This document shows, in pieces, positions 45,512 through 55,558 of a stretch of DNA of 64,000 nucleotides. The notes beneath the pieces were generated by a model. The model had not been told where the DNA came from and made no database searches. It saw nothing but the letters and a program-made list of their open reading frames with translations. Origin of the DNA: Minisyncoccota bacterium (GTDB lineage: Bacteria; Patescibacteriota; Minisyncoccia; JAHIHE01; JAGLIN01); assembly GCA_041661265.1 (NCBI GenBank), contig JBAZUT010000001.1:1854-65853 (forward strand), given 5' to 3'. The first letter of the stretch is position 1. Each line of letters begins with the position of its first letter. The position numbers and the translations under genes are program-made.

Positions 45512-45859
45512 ATGAAATACACAAGACTGGACGAACTGTGGGAAGAAGATGAAGAAGTGCAGAAAATAATTGCGATAAATGAAGGGATCCTGAAACTTCT
45601 GGATGTCCTGACCGCAAGACAAACTCCGGTGAGGCTCCGAAGCTATAGAGCGGGAGTCGAGCTGATGGCCGCAATGGAAAAAGACAAAAAGCCGGTCGGA
45701 CTATCCGATTCCGGCTCATTCAGACAGACCGAATATAACGCAGGGATCATCCCGATCCTGACGGAGGCTCTAGAAAAAAGATCGTGCAATCTCATGCAGA
45801 AAAAAAAGATCGCGATCTTGGACATGTTCTTCACAAACCTCGAGATCGGAGAAGACTAA
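45512..45859 (+). CDS. hypothetical protein
   Basis: GGGAGGAGAACAA-ATG. Confidence 0.45.
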   Translation: MKYTRLDELWEEDEEVQKIIAINEGILKLLDVLTARQTPVRLRSYRAGVELMAAMEKDKKPVGLSDSGSFRQTEYNAGIIPILTEALEKRSCNLMQKKKIAILDMFFTNLEIGED

Positions 45860-45915
45860 GCAAGAAACATCTTGCTTTTTTTATTTCATTACTATCCGTC
45901 CAATTCTGAATTATA

Positions 45916-46197
45916 TTATTCAATCAGGTCGTGCACTTCTTTCTTTCCCTTTTCCGGCTCAACGACCTGCTCCAGATCGTCCCTGAGAAGCAAAGTCTGA
46001 AACTCCCCCATGTGGGTTTTTTCTTCCCTGGCGATATCAAGAAGTATCTCTTTGATGATCTTGCTATCCGTAACCGCTGCCAGCTGCTCATATAGATTGA
46101 TCGCATCCAGCTCCGCGATCATTCCAACGCGCAAGATCTCCTTGTTTATATCTTCTTTGGCCACTTTCTTGCTGCCATCGGGTATTTGCGACATCAT
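45916..46197 (-). CDS. small ferritin-like (EncFtn/rubrerythrin-like) protein, tentative
   Basis: ELDAINLYEQLA...IAREEKTHMGEF (E..H) four-helix-bundle-like motifs. Confidence 0.4.
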   Translation of the reverse strand: MMSQIPDGSKKVAKEDINKEILRVGMIAELDAINLYEQLAAVTDSKIIKEILLDIAREEKTHMGEFQTLLLRDDLEQVVEPEKGKKEVHDLIE

Positions 46198-46241
46198 ATT
46201 TTAATTTTTAGCGATTAAATCAGGCAAGAAACTCAAAAAGA

Positions 46242-46781
46242 TCAGTACGAGCTCGGCGACGCAGCAGTGCCGGCCGGGACCAGATTATCAGATGCGACCT
46301 TGTAGACCGACCAAACTCCCCCCACGCCCTGCCCGTTGGTGTCGCCCGCTTTTTTATCCTGGATATAATAGTATAGCGGCATGCCTTCAAAAGTTACCTG
46401 TTTTCCCCCATCGGTCCGGGTTGTGACGCCAAACTTGCTTGCGATCAGGTTGGATCCGATCTTGGGAGAGGCGCTCACTAATAGAGGCGGCCAATTCACG
46501 GCGCAACCGCCATAACAAGCGCTTACGTCCTTCGTGTCTTTGCTGTAGGTGTATAGAGTCATTCCGTTGCCATCAGTAAAAATATCCCCAAGAGCAACGT
46601 TGTTCTTGACCATTACATCGATTTGCCCCTGTGCGGGAGAAGCCGGGTTATTATTCGCCTGCTGATCCTGAACTGTATTGGCAGGAGAATAGGGCGAACT
46701 GTATCTGGTCTGCATGATATAGGCAGCCCCGGCGATAACGATCAAAATTCCCGCTATGGCGATGATAATTTTTTGATTCAT
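46242..46781 (-). CDS. secreted protein with two Lipoprotein_15-type repeats
   Basis: GMTLYTYSKDTKDVSACYGGCAVNWPP and GMPLYYYIQDK...W motifs. Confidence 0.55.
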   Translation of the reverse strand: MNQKIIIAIAGILIVIAGAAYIMQTRYSSPYSPANTVQDQQANNNPASPAQGQIDVMVKNNVALGDIFTDGNGMTLYTYSKDTKDVSACYGGCAVNWPPLLVSASPKIGSNLIASKFGVTTRTDGGKQVTFEGMPLYYYIQDKKAGDTNGQGVGGVWSVYKVASDNLVPAGTAASPSSY

Positions 46782-47235
46782 ATTTTTATATTAATTATTA
46801 AAGCTGAAATATGCGGGGTACGTCTTCTCTATAATGAGTTTATTTCATGGTTTTGTTTTAATAATTAAAGCTGGACTTTGATCTCAGAAAATGACGCGGA
46901 AGATATTCCGGATATTATCTGGCAGGCTTCGATAAGTTCTATGCCGAGATCGATCGGCCCGCGACATATGAAAACGGCTTTTAAAAAATGCGCCTGTTTT
47001 AAAAAACAAGCGCTCGAAAAAACTCTGCATTTTCCGTGAATATATTTCTTCTGGCATTATCCATCTTCATATATCTGTTATGAATGTTTATGCAACGAAT
47101 TCCATGATCCGAATTTTCAATGATACAGCCACCCTCCTTCTTATATTCTATAACATTAAAGAGCTGATGCAAGATAATTATTAACAGGTAAAAGAACCAA
47201 GATGAAAAAATTGCCTTCTTTGAAAGCAGCTATCA

Positions 47236-48141
47236 TTACGAAAGATCTTTCCCTATCTCATAGACCTTCCGCGCATCTTTCAAAATATCCATATCAACTT
47301 CCCGGACAAACATCGCCTCCCTGCTGTGCGGCAATTTTTTCAAACACCCCTTGAACGGAACCGCTATCTGTGAATGTCCCGCCAAAGTGTCCATTGAATT
47401 CCCGACCTTCGTTTTTCCGGCGGCATTGCAGAAAACAAAAATGATCCCGTTCTCAAACGCCCTTGCTGTGCAGATGGAATCAATGAGCTTTATCTCGGAA
47501 TTTTTGTCATATTTCATCCCGATGCCCGCATCTTCAAGACGCCAATAGCTCGAACAAAACACCAGCTCGGCCCCCTTTGCCGACATTCCGGCGAATATAT
47601 CCGGAAAGAAAAGATCCCAGCAGATGACAAGCCCGATTTTCCCGAACCTCGTATCAAAAACGGAGGACTCGCTCCCGGCGGAAAGACTCGGCTTTTCTGT
47701 GCCCCAAAGATTGATCTTCCTGTATTTTCCCAGCACCTCCCCGCCGCGATCGATATAGTATGAAGTATTGTATAGTTTTTTCTTGTCCCTTTCCACCATC
47801 GATCCGGCCACAATATCGATCCTGTGGACCTTTGCCAAATTCCGGAAATATTCCACATATTCATTTCCATGGCTAAAACGATCGAGATCCCGCTTTCTCG
47901 TTCCGTCAATGAAATATTCGGGAAAAATGACCACTCCGGCTTTCGAATCGGCGGCTTTCTTTATGAATTTTTCAGCGCGCAACAGATTATTATCGCAAGA
48001 TAGCTGATCGATCATGAATTGCGCGACGGCGATCTTTAGTTTCATATTGTTTTGCATCAAATTTTTTAGCGTTTTGGTGGAAATCATCAGTCCGTCATCT
48101 CCATCACCCCCATGAAAATCATTTAAAGCCAAGATCAGCAT
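47236..48141 (-). CDS. carbon-nitrogen hydrolase (nitrilase superfamily)
   Basis: Catalytic triad context: FPEYF (Glu), YRKINLW (Lys), VICWDLFFP (Cys). Confidence 0.75.
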   Translation of the reverse strand: MLILALNDFHGGDGDDGLMISTKTLKNLMQNNMKLKIAVAQFMIDQLSCDNNLLRAEKFIKKAADSKAGVVIFPEYFIDGTRKRDLDRFSHGNEYVEYFRNLAKVHRIDIVAGSMVERDKKKLYNTSYYIDRGGEVLGKYRKINLWGTEKPSLSAGSESSVFDTRFGKIGLVICWDLFFPDIFAGMSAKGAELVFCSSYWRLEDAGIGMKYDKNSEIKLIDSICTARAFENGIIFVFCNAAGKTKVGNSMDTLAGHSQIAVPFKGCLKKLPHSREAMFVREVDMDILKDARKVYEIGKDLS

Positions 48142-48169
48142 TTATCATTGCGCCGGATAACATGTTCAG

Positions 48170-49036
48170 CTATTTCGGATCATTTAGCTCTGAAGTGCGC
48201 CCGATTCCCTTGCATGCCGGACATGCTGCCTGATAGGATTCCTCGATCTCGATCTTCTTATTGCCCTTGCAGACGCTGCAAGGTAATGGTGTTTCCATGA
48301 ATCCCGTTCCGCCGCAATAATCGCATTTCATATAGCTTTCGAGATTCTCTTCGGTCTCCGGTACTGTGAGCCCCACGCCATATCTGCCCGTTCCATTGCA
48401 GTATTTGCACAATTCCCTGCCCGTTTTCTTGCAGCTTCCGCAATCAACGGTCTTTTTCCTTTTTTGCTCCACTTTTCCGCTTCCGCTGCAAGTCTTGCAA
48501 ACAGTTCCGTCATCTTCAGCCGGCAGTTCACGTTTCTTGTCCTTTTTCAACAGCCTGCGCCACCACTCAAATCCGAAAAAAGCCGAAATAATAGCGGCAA
48601 TAACTGCAAGATAAAATAAGTTTTTAAATCCCTGTGGGGAAACTGGATCGATAATTTGTTGACTGTATTTATCTGACGGTATATTTTTATCCTCTGCCTG
48701 TGTCTGCGCCTCCGGCAATGCTTCATCCGATGCAATTATATTATTTTCTGCAGCCGGAGTTTCCAATGCCGAAGATGGCGCCTGGCCGGTTTGGGGCTGG
48801 ATCACAGATTCCGGATTGATTGCCGGCGACACCCCGCCCCCGGAAGCATCGGGAACATTGCTCGCACTATTGACCTGCCTCTGATATTGCTGAATCATTT
48901 CCGGAGAGATATTGTTCACTTGAGCCAAAGCAAGATCAAAAACGGACAATATGCCCAGAAGAACAAATGAAGCTTTATTTAATCTTTGTTTCATATCCAC
49001 TGAATGGTAAATTGATTTAAAATTGTTTTTATTCAT
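48170..49036 (-). CDS. secreted/membrane protein with C-terminal CxxCxGxG (DnaJ-like zinc-finger) repeats
   Basis: CKTCSGSGK, CGSCKKTGR, CKYCNGTGR, CDYCGGTGF, CSVCKGNKK, CPACKGIGR. Confidence 0.5.
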   Translation of the reverse strand: MNKNNFKSIYHSVDMKQRLNKASFVLLGILSVFDLALAQVNNISPEMIQQYQRQVNSASNVPDASGGGVSPAINPESVIQPQTGQAPSSALETPAAENNIIASDEALPEAQTQAEDKNIPSDKYSQQIIDPVSPQGFKNLFYLAVIAAIISAFFGFEWWRRLLKKDKKRELPAEDDGTVCKTCSGSGKVEQKRKKTVDCGSCKKTGRELCKYCNGTGRYGVGLTVPETEENLESYMKCDYCGGTGFMETPLPCSVCKGNKKIEIEESYQAACPACKGIGRTSELNDPK

Positions 49037-49365
49037 ACTTTCTTGTCTTTTCTGTTCATCTTGATCTCCCTGAATCCCAAGATCACCAATATCAGAATAA
49101 CGGCTTTCAGGAAATAGTAGCCTTTCGGATCGAGAAATTCCTCCGTCATAGGCGTTTTATTTCCGGAAAAAGAGTGGGCCAGGATGCCGATCGGCAAAAC
49201 GAGATATAGCCAGCTCTTTCGCGAAATGTCCAGACCCGCAAGTCTGAACAGTCTGGAAAGAAGCGGGGCAAGAAGATAAACCGCCAAAAACGAGGCTGCC
49301 GTATCAAAAACGGTGAAACCTCCGATCCGGAACTGCCTTAAAAAAGTAAGAATATCGGTGTCCAT
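49033..49365 (-). CDS. small membrane protein (hypothetical)
   Basis: ORF overlapping the upstream stop by 4 nt. Confidence 0.4.
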   Translation of the reverse strand: MDTDILTFLRQFRIGGFTVFDTAASFLAVYLLAPLLSRLFRLAGLDISRKSWLYLVLPIGILAHSFSGNKTPMTEEFLDPKGYYFLKAVILILVILGFREIKMNRKDKKV

Positions 49366-49391
49366 ATATATGAATTATCAAATTAGCATAG

Positions 49392-50216
49392 TCATTCGTT
49401 CTTCCCGGCTCTTTTCCAAAAAAAATAAGCGCCTGAGATATATGCAAAATAGCCCAAAACTTCGACAAGCGACGGATTCCCATTGTATCCAAACAGGCTT
49501 TTGAATATGCTTCCAACAGACCCGTTTTCATGAAGTGCGGGAAAAGAGCCGTCGGAATTGACCGGAGGATTTATGTCCCAGACATGCTCGATCAAGACAG
49601 GTATCGCTCCCGCCTCCTCGAACTCGTGCACGCCCTGAGCCACCAGTCCGGCCGCAAAAAAAATCAGGATCAGGCTCGTGAAGTTGAAAAACATTTTCAC
49701 ATTTATTTTCATCGAGCCCACAAAAACGGCATATCCCAAAAGAACCGCAACAGAAACTCCGAGCACCGCCCCGATCAAATTGCTGTTCCCCGATGCAAAA
49801 CTCGCCGCACCAAGAAAGATGACCGTTTCCACTCCCTCCCGCAAGATCGATATGAAAACCAGGAAAAACAGTCCGGCCTTGTGCTTTGCCGAAAGCTCCA
49901 AGGATATATTTTTCCGGAGATCCTGCGCGACATGCTTTTGCCCCATCATCCAGAAGATCATGGTCGAAAGAAGGAATGCGCCGAAGAACATCGTGACTCC
50001 CTCAAAGATCATCTCGCCCCTGCCGCTGAATCCGCCATATATATTTTCAAATATGAAAGCGGCAAACACGCTGGCTATGATCCCCGCCGCAATTCCGACA
50101 TAAACGACGTTGTTATATTTCGTCTGGCCTGTTTTCGAAAGATATCCGAGAACGATCCCGACCACGAGAGCGGCTTCGAAAGTTTCCCGGAACGTGATGA
50201 TAAAATCCGCGATCAT
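49392..50216 (-). CDS. FTR1-family high-affinity iron permease
   Basis: Two REXXE motifs (RETFE, REGVE) in TM helices. Confidence 0.8.
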   Translation of the reverse strand: MIADFIITFRETFEAALVVGIVLGYLSKTGQTKYNNVVYVGIAAGIIASVFAAFIFENIYGGFSGRGEMIFEGVTMFFGAFLLSTMIFWMMGQKHVAQDLRKNISLELSAKHKAGLFFLVFISILREGVETVIFLGAASFASGNSNLIGAVLGVSVAVLLGYAVFVGSMKINVKMFFNFTSLILIFFAAGLVAQGVHEFEEAGAIPVLIEHVWDINPPVNSDGSFPALHENGSVGSIFKSLFGYNGNPSLVEVLGYFAYISGAYFFWKRAGKNE

Positions 50217-50442
50217 AGTTTTTCATTAAATTATTTTTTTGATTTTCACAGAGAGGCTTGTCGGGAAATGCACCGGAGCGCTCTCTCTTCAGCCCCTACG
50301 GTCGATCCCCTGTATTTTTTGTCCATATATAAATTATAGACCAAATATGCGGAAAATGGAATGAACTTCCCGATATTTATCGTAAAATATCAAAAAAGGC
50401 GTTGCCAAAATCAAACGTCGTATTCTTGACATATTCCTTATT

Positions 50443-50742
50443 TTGTATTATCATTATGCGTTGACAACGGGAGGTGTTGACATGAACGGGAACATGAAAA
50501 TGGCCATATTGAATGTTCAGATCGAGACTAATATGACATCAATAAGGGCAGGACTGGCGTTCAATAAGAACGGGAAAATAGAGCTCCATTTTTGCGATCC
50601 TGCAGACCTGGGATTGGACACTGAAATTTTATCAGAAAGTTCTTTTCCCAATTCGGGATCAGCATCTGGGGGAAAATACAGTTTATGGATGTCTATGTTT
50701 GAAAGATATATAAAAAAAGGAAGCAATACCGACGATCTTTGA
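50443..50742 (+). CDS. hypothetical protein
   Basis: ORF only. Confidence 0.3.
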   Translation: MYYHYALTTGGVDMNGNMKMAILNVQIETNMTSIRAGLAFNKNGKIELHFCDPADLGLDTEILSESSFPNSGSASGGKYSLWMSMFERYIKKGSNTDDL

Positions 50743-50928
50743 TCGATTCGGTTTTTTTATTTTCCGGCCGTTATTCATTTCTTGATGCATAAAACAAAAT
50801 AATCCATGAGGTCCGAATAATTCGAAATGCTCCTTCAGACACGCCGGACATTTCCGCATGCAAAAACATTGGCTTATTCGCGCCCGTATATATACTTATT
50901 TTGCTGATATTCACAGGGGGGTGAAAAA

Positions 50929-51288
50929 ATGACAGCAACAACGCTAAGGCCTGATCTTGAGACCATGCTTGAACTATTGAGGAGAAGAGCGACAAAGGCT
51001 GATCTGGAATGGTTCAGAAGAACAAGCCCCCGACGCTATGAAAGATATGAGGAGCTGATCGGAAATAAAGATGATCTTGCGGATGTCATAAACGCCGAAA
51101 CAATAACGCTGGGCATACAATATCTTGTGGATGCGATCACTCGCAAGACCGGAAGCGTCTATCAATATTCGGACATTCCCAAAAATTATCTCCCGAGGTT
51201 AGCATCGATCCTTGGTGTGCCTGTCCCCAAAAAGTTCAGGAAAAAAGAATTGATCGCAAAAATATTGGAAAATATCGGGAAAAATTAA
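50929..51288 (+). CDS. hypothetical protein
   Basis: GGGGGTGAAAAA-ATG. Confidence 0.4.
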   Translation: MTATTLRPDLETMLELLRRRATKADLEWFRRTSPRRYERYEELIGNKDDLADVINAETITLGIQYLVDAITRKTGSVYQYSDIPKNYLPRLASILGVPVPKKFRKKELIAKILENIGKN

Positions 51289-51403
51289 GCATACCAAAAA
51301 GCGACTCCCTGAAGATCGCTTTATTTTTTTTCTCCCACCCCCCGTACTATGGGCCGGCAATCGTAATATCCGAAAAAAAATAGGCTTTTGCCTATTATCA
51401 TTT

Positions 51404-52159
51404 TTAATCCGCGTTCCAAATATGATCCGCGCTGACCGCATCGATAGCGGTGTGCGCGAGTGAATCTATATGATCTATACTGCGCCGGTTGTATACTCCG
51501 ATCACTCCTCCGCGCGATCCGCGTTCGCACGACCTGCGAGATCCGATCCTGAATTCTCTCCTTCCGAATTTCCAGATCCTCTTGGCAAGATCAATGCCGA
51601 AAAACCCATCATCATATTCCTCCATGGCTTCCTTCACGGAAACGACTTGGACACAGCAGGTGTTATCGGCATATTTCATGACGACCAATTCCTTCATTGA
51701 AATAGCATTCTCTTTGCGTATTGCCGTGAGCGTCTTGCAAAATAGCTCCTTGGGCAGCGACGTATCCTGGCCCTGCGAATCCGCTTCATGTGTTATGGTT
51801 TTTTTCCCGGTCGAAAGAAGCGCCTCCATCGCATCCGGATTGTCCCTGTATTTGGACCTCATCGCCCTTGCGATAAGCTCATGATGCGCATCGGAATCAT
51901 AGACGATTCTCTTGCCCCGCCAATAAACGAAATCATTCTTGGCGCTGGCGCCAAGAAGCCTCGCTTCAAGCGGTGTAGCTTTCATGATGAGAGACCTCAT
52001 CGGATCGCCTTCAGGAAACTTCAGCCACTCTATGAATATATCCACGCGGGGCATCCATTCGCGTCCGATCCAGAACCGGTGAGCCGAAGAATTATCCAAT
52101 ATTCTTTCTATTGGATCCTCCGAACTGCTATTCACGTTTACTATTCCTTCATTTTTCAA
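51404..52159 (-). CDS. hypothetical protein
   Basis: ORF only. Confidence 0.45.
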   Translation of the reverse strand: MKNEGIVNVNSSSEDPIERILDNSSAHRFWIGREWMPRVDIFIEWLKFPEGDPMRSLIMKATPLEARLLGASAKNDFVYWRGKRIVYDSDAHHELIARAMRSKYRDNPDAMEALLSTGKKTITHEADSQGQDTSLPKELFCKTLTAIRKENAISMKELVVMKYADNTCCVQVVSVKEAMEEYDDGFFGIDLAKRIWKFGRREFRIGSRRSCERGSRGGVIGVYNRRSIDHIDSLAHTAIDAVSADHIWNAD

Positions 52160-52378
52160 TCTTTACACCTCCATTTATTTCCGATCAAAACGGCATGTTT
52201 TGATCTCTGATTCTAGCACGACCGAACATTAAGTCAAATCCGGATTAGCCGATTCTGCAGCCTGCTCCTCCAAAAAACCGATAATGTCCATAAGAAAGGC
52301 TAGAACTTATTGCATAAAAAGCTATTTATTGTAGAATTAAGTTAGATCCGTCCCGGTTCACTTGCCTAACATAAATAC

Positions 52379-52777
52379 ATGAAAAATATGGAAACTTTAC
52401 ACGCAGAAAAAGAAACTGAAAATAATGAGACGAAAGATGAGATCGATAATGCCAATGAAGCGAAAGTTTTTCCAAACGAAACCAAAATGGCAGAAAAATT
52501 AAGTTCTGATGAAGATCTCGAGGGTGCGAAAATATTCGATGTAAAAAATAATATATCTAAAGAGGCAGCTCCGGTTGTTGCTTCCATGGAAGATGCAGAA
52601 AACACAGTGATCGGAAATGAGGAAGGATATAGACAGGACACAGATAAAAAGATCCGGGAGGCACGAGAAACACTTAGCTCTCTTTTTGATAATGCCGGCG
52701 AAGATACGGAGAAACTTGGAAATGGCAAAGAAAAAAAACGGCCCGTTCCAAACGCAGACATTTTGGATGCTGAATAA
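52379..52777 (+). CDS. hypothetical acidic protein
   Basis: ORF only. Confidence 0.4.
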   Translation: MKNMETLHAEKETENNETKDEIDNANEAKVFPNETKMAEKLSSDEDLEGAKIFDVKNNISKEAAPVVASMEDAENTVIGNEEGYRQDTDKKIREARETLSSLFDNAGEDTEKLGNGKEKKRPVPNADILDAE

Positions 52778-52807
52778 GACCTATCTTGGCGCAAGAAACA
52801 TCCGCTA

Positions 52808-52836
52808 TTGACAAATAACGTTTTTTATGATATTAT
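52808..52836 (+). promoter_or_regulatory. sigma70-type promoter TTGACA-17-TATTAT driving a 38-aa ORF (52857-52973)
   Basis: Hexamers at 52808 and 52831. ORF METYEYGDRVLEIGSVISMLMCIAIMAVLYYSSHPIHI, followed by hairpins. Confidence 0.45.
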
Positions 52837-53019
52837 ATGAGCAGAGGTATAATTTAATGGAAACATACGAATATGGCGATAGAGTATTAGAGATCGGTTC
52901 AGTGATCAGCATGTTAATGTGCATTGCAATAATGGCAGTACTATACTACTCCTCACACCCTATCCACATATAAACACAAATAAAATGACTTACGATGTAA
53001 GCCTTATTTTTTTATGCGT

Positions 53020-53052
53020 TTAACAAAAAAGATCATGCCCGGAGCATGATCT
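53020..53052 (-). terminator. rho-independent terminator for comB
   Basis: Perfect 10-bp stem AAGATCATGC/GCATGATCTT, loop ccgga, followed by a T-run on the minus strand. Confidence 0.6.
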
Positions 53053-53100
53053 TTTGATATTTCAGCATTACTAAACTGTGATAGCGTAATGCGGGAACCG

Positions 53101-53799
53101 CTACTTTTTCATTTCGATCCTCTTCAGATAGACCAGGCCATCTTCATATGGCTCAGCTTTCAGGATGAAGGAAAATCTGTCCAAGGCGATACAAAGATGA
53201 AAATCCCCTTCCGGATGGGATTCGATCTTGGGATCAAAAAAGTGCTTCGCAAAGCCGGCCGTTTTTAAATGTTCTACGATCGCACCAAAATCATTGGGTT
53301 CTCCGAGCAGGGCATTCCTGATGTATCGCGCGCATACTGCGTCTTCATCCAGAATGGTTTCATTGGCCGTTCCAGTGCAGACCAGCGAAATATTTTCAGG
53401 ATTTTTTGATCTTATATATTCGATAATTGCCGCCACATTCACAAAGCTTCCCGTGATGATCTCTGCAGCATTGATAGCATTGGCCATCCCGTTCGTTCCA
53501 TTGGCTGTGGTGTGCACGACTGTCCTGCCGCCAAAATCAACGCCCTGGATCTCGAAAGGAGAATTTCCAAAATCAAAACCTGGCTGGATGGCCCCGTCGC
53601 GTTCACCCATTAAAATAAAATCGGGATTTTCTTTTTTCAATCTGTAGGCAAGTTCTATGTCTCCTACCGGGATGATCCTCTCTGCGCCCTGGGCAACAAC
53701 ATAGCAAGCCGTAGAAAAAGCGCGGAAAACATCAATGATTACCGCGAGACCCCTCGCTTTTTTTGCGCCCTCGATATTCTGCAATATTTCTATTTCCAT
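53101..53799 (-). CDS. comB: 2-phosphosulfolactate phosphatase family protein (ComB-like)
   Basis: IIDVFRAFSTACYV, GERDG, FGNSP motifs of the ComB family. Confidence 0.6.
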   Translation of the reverse strand: MEIEILQNIEGAKKARGLAVIIDVFRAFSTACYVVAQGAERIIPVGDIELAYRLKKENPDFILMGERDGAIQPGFDFGNSPFEIQGVDFGGRTVVHTTANGTNGMANAINAAEIITGSFVNVAAIIEYIRSKNPENISLVCTGTANETILDEDAVCARYIRNALLGEPNDFGAIVEHLKTAGFAKHFFDPKIESHPEGDFHLCIALDRFSFILKAEPYEDGLVYLKRIEMKK

Positions 53800-53811
53800 A
53801 GATTTCTTCAG

Positions 53812-54645
53812 TTATATTTCTGTTATTTTCGCTCCCGCTGCCAGCGTTCTTTCGTCCATATTATAAATGGCATCGAGAAACGCGACTTTGAAACTGGCGG
53901 GACCTTCGATCTTTTTTTTCACTGCCAATTCCGCAGCGAGGCCGAAACAGGCCAGAGCGCCCGCGCTTGCGAGAGCTTGATCGTGATCAACGGCGCAAAA
54001 TGCTGCAACTGCCGTAGTGGACATGCATCCCGTACCCGTGATCCTGGGCAGCCAGGAATTTCCATTGTCGACGACATAAACTATCTTGCCGTCGGAAACG
54101 ATATCCCTCTTTCCTGTCGCAATAACGGTAGCCTTTGTTTTCGCTGCATATTTTTTCACCGCAGATACAAGATCGATCGAACTGCCGACGCTTTCCACTC
54201 CCCTGACCTTTCCTCCCGCTCCGCTCAAGATCCCGATCTCTCCGGCATTGCCTTTGATGACCGAAATATGCAATTTTTCCATAAGCTGTTCACACGTTTT
54301 TGTCCGATATGACGTTGCCCCCGCTCCCACCGCATCAAGCACTATCGGGATCCCTTTTTTGTTGGCAACAGCGCCTGCCAAGAGCATCGCCTCGATCCAA
54401 TATTCCGTCAGAGTCCCGATATTCAAAACCAGAGCGCCCGCATTTTTTGTCATCTCTTCCATTTCTTCATGGGCATGAGCCATGACGGGAAGCGCTCCCA
54501 GAAAGAGCGTCACATTCGCCGTGTCGTTCATCACCACAAGATTAGTGATGTGATGTATGAGCGGTTTTTGTTTTTTTATCTCGCCCAATAATTCCGAAAC
54601 CCGGGTATTTATTTTATCCACGTTGTTGTTTGTTATTTTTAACAT
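53812..54645 (-). CDS. thiM: hydroxyethylthiazole kinase
   Basis: HHITNLVVMNDTANVTLFLGALPVMAHAHEE...ALVLNIGTL family signature. Confidence 0.8.
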   Translation of the reverse strand: MLKITNNNVDKINTRVSELLGEIKKQKPLIHHITNLVVMNDTANVTLFLGALPVMAHAHEEMEEMTKNAGALVLNIGTLTEYWIEAMLLAGAVANKKGIPIVLDAVGAGATSYRTKTCEQLMEKLHISVIKGNAGEIGILSGAGGKVRGVESVGSSIDLVSAVKKYAAKTKATVIATGKRDIVSDGKIVYVVDNGNSWLPRITGTGCMSTTAVAAFCAVDHDQALASAGALACFGLAAELAVKKKIEGPASFKVAFLDAIYNMDERTLAAGAKITEI

Positions 54646-55303
54646 TTATGAATATTTTCAAGAGTTCTTCGGCCGCCCGCTTCGGGTCCCTGGCCGGCAT
54701 GATCGCTGAGACAACCGCAACGCCATCGGCTATTTTCGCGACTTCTCCGGCATTTTTCATATTGATGCCTCCGATCGCAACCACAGGAATTGAAACCGCA
54801 TTCTTTATGTTCTTCAATCCCTCCAGACCGATGGCGGGAGAAGCATCCGGTTTTGTCGAGGTCGGGAAAATAGGACCTGCGCCGATATAGTCCGCTCCAT
54901 CTTTTTCGGCCCTGATCGCCTCTTCAACGCTGCTTGCCGACACGCCGAGGATCATCGCATCCCCGATCATTTCTTTCGCCTTCAGAGCCGGCATGTCTTT
55001 CTGTCCCAAATGGATCCCTTGGGCGCCGATCGCCATGGCAGCTTTGATGTTGTCATTAATGATAAGCGGAATTTTCCCCTGCGTTATTTTCATCAATTCT
55101 TTCCCGACAGCGATCAATTCTTCATCGCTGGCATCCTTGTCCCGAAGCTGTATGATCGTTGCTCCGCCCAAGACAGCCCGTCTCACAACATCAGTTATCA
55201 ACCTTGATCCGGCCAGCTTCCTGTCGGTTATGACATAAAGGCTAAAACCAAGATTATTTTTCATCTTCATGTGAAAATACATATTAATATAAATATATCG
55301 CAA
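54614..55303 (-). CDS. thiE: thiamine-phosphate synthase (start uncertain; may begin at an internal Met near 55264-55270)
   Basis: LYVITDRK, GATIIQLRDKDAS, GADYIGAGPIFPTSTK motifs. Confidence 0.8.
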   Translation of the reverse strand: MRYIYINMYFHMKMKNNLGFSLYVITDRKLAGSRLITDVVRRAVLGGATIIQLRDKDASDEELIAVGKELMKITQGKIPLIINDNIKAAMAIGAQGIHLGQKDMPALKAKEMIGDAMILGVSASSVEEAIRAEKDGADYIGAGPIFPTSTKPDASPAIGLEGLKNIKNAVSIPVVAIGGINMKNAGEVAKIADGVAVVSAIMPARDPKRAAEELLKIFINVKNNKQQRG

Positions 55304-55376
55304 TATAAGTAGAATCTAAAATGCTTTATTGTTTCATCTTATAATTTATTTCTGTTGAAACAGTTATTAATCGGGC

Positions 55377-55506
55377 CATTGCGAGCGACCAGAAGGAGCG
55401 TGGCAATCCCTTATCCAAGCCATAAATACGAGATTGCGGAGTTTACCCTGAGTAAGCTCGAAGGGTCGTACCTCCCTGTCTACCGGTCAGGCAGGCTCGC
55501 AATGAC
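55377..55506 (+). repeat. interspersed MITE-like repeat copy with ~12-bp terminal inverted repeats (CATTGCGAGCG...GGCTCGCAATGAC)
   Basis: Internal CGTGGCAATCCC. rc matches 39808-39852. Confidence 0.55.
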
Positions 55507-55558
55507 AAGCAGAATTAGCACTATTTCATCATAAACTAATTAATATATTCACTGAAAC

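Noticed and set aside
55304-55558. Possible TPP riboswitch upstream of thiE
   Set aside because: The only structured, conserved-looking segment (55377-55506) is a copy of an interspersed repeat family found at three other unrelated loci. It lacks the CTGAGA...ACCC...CCTGATC core order of THI elements.
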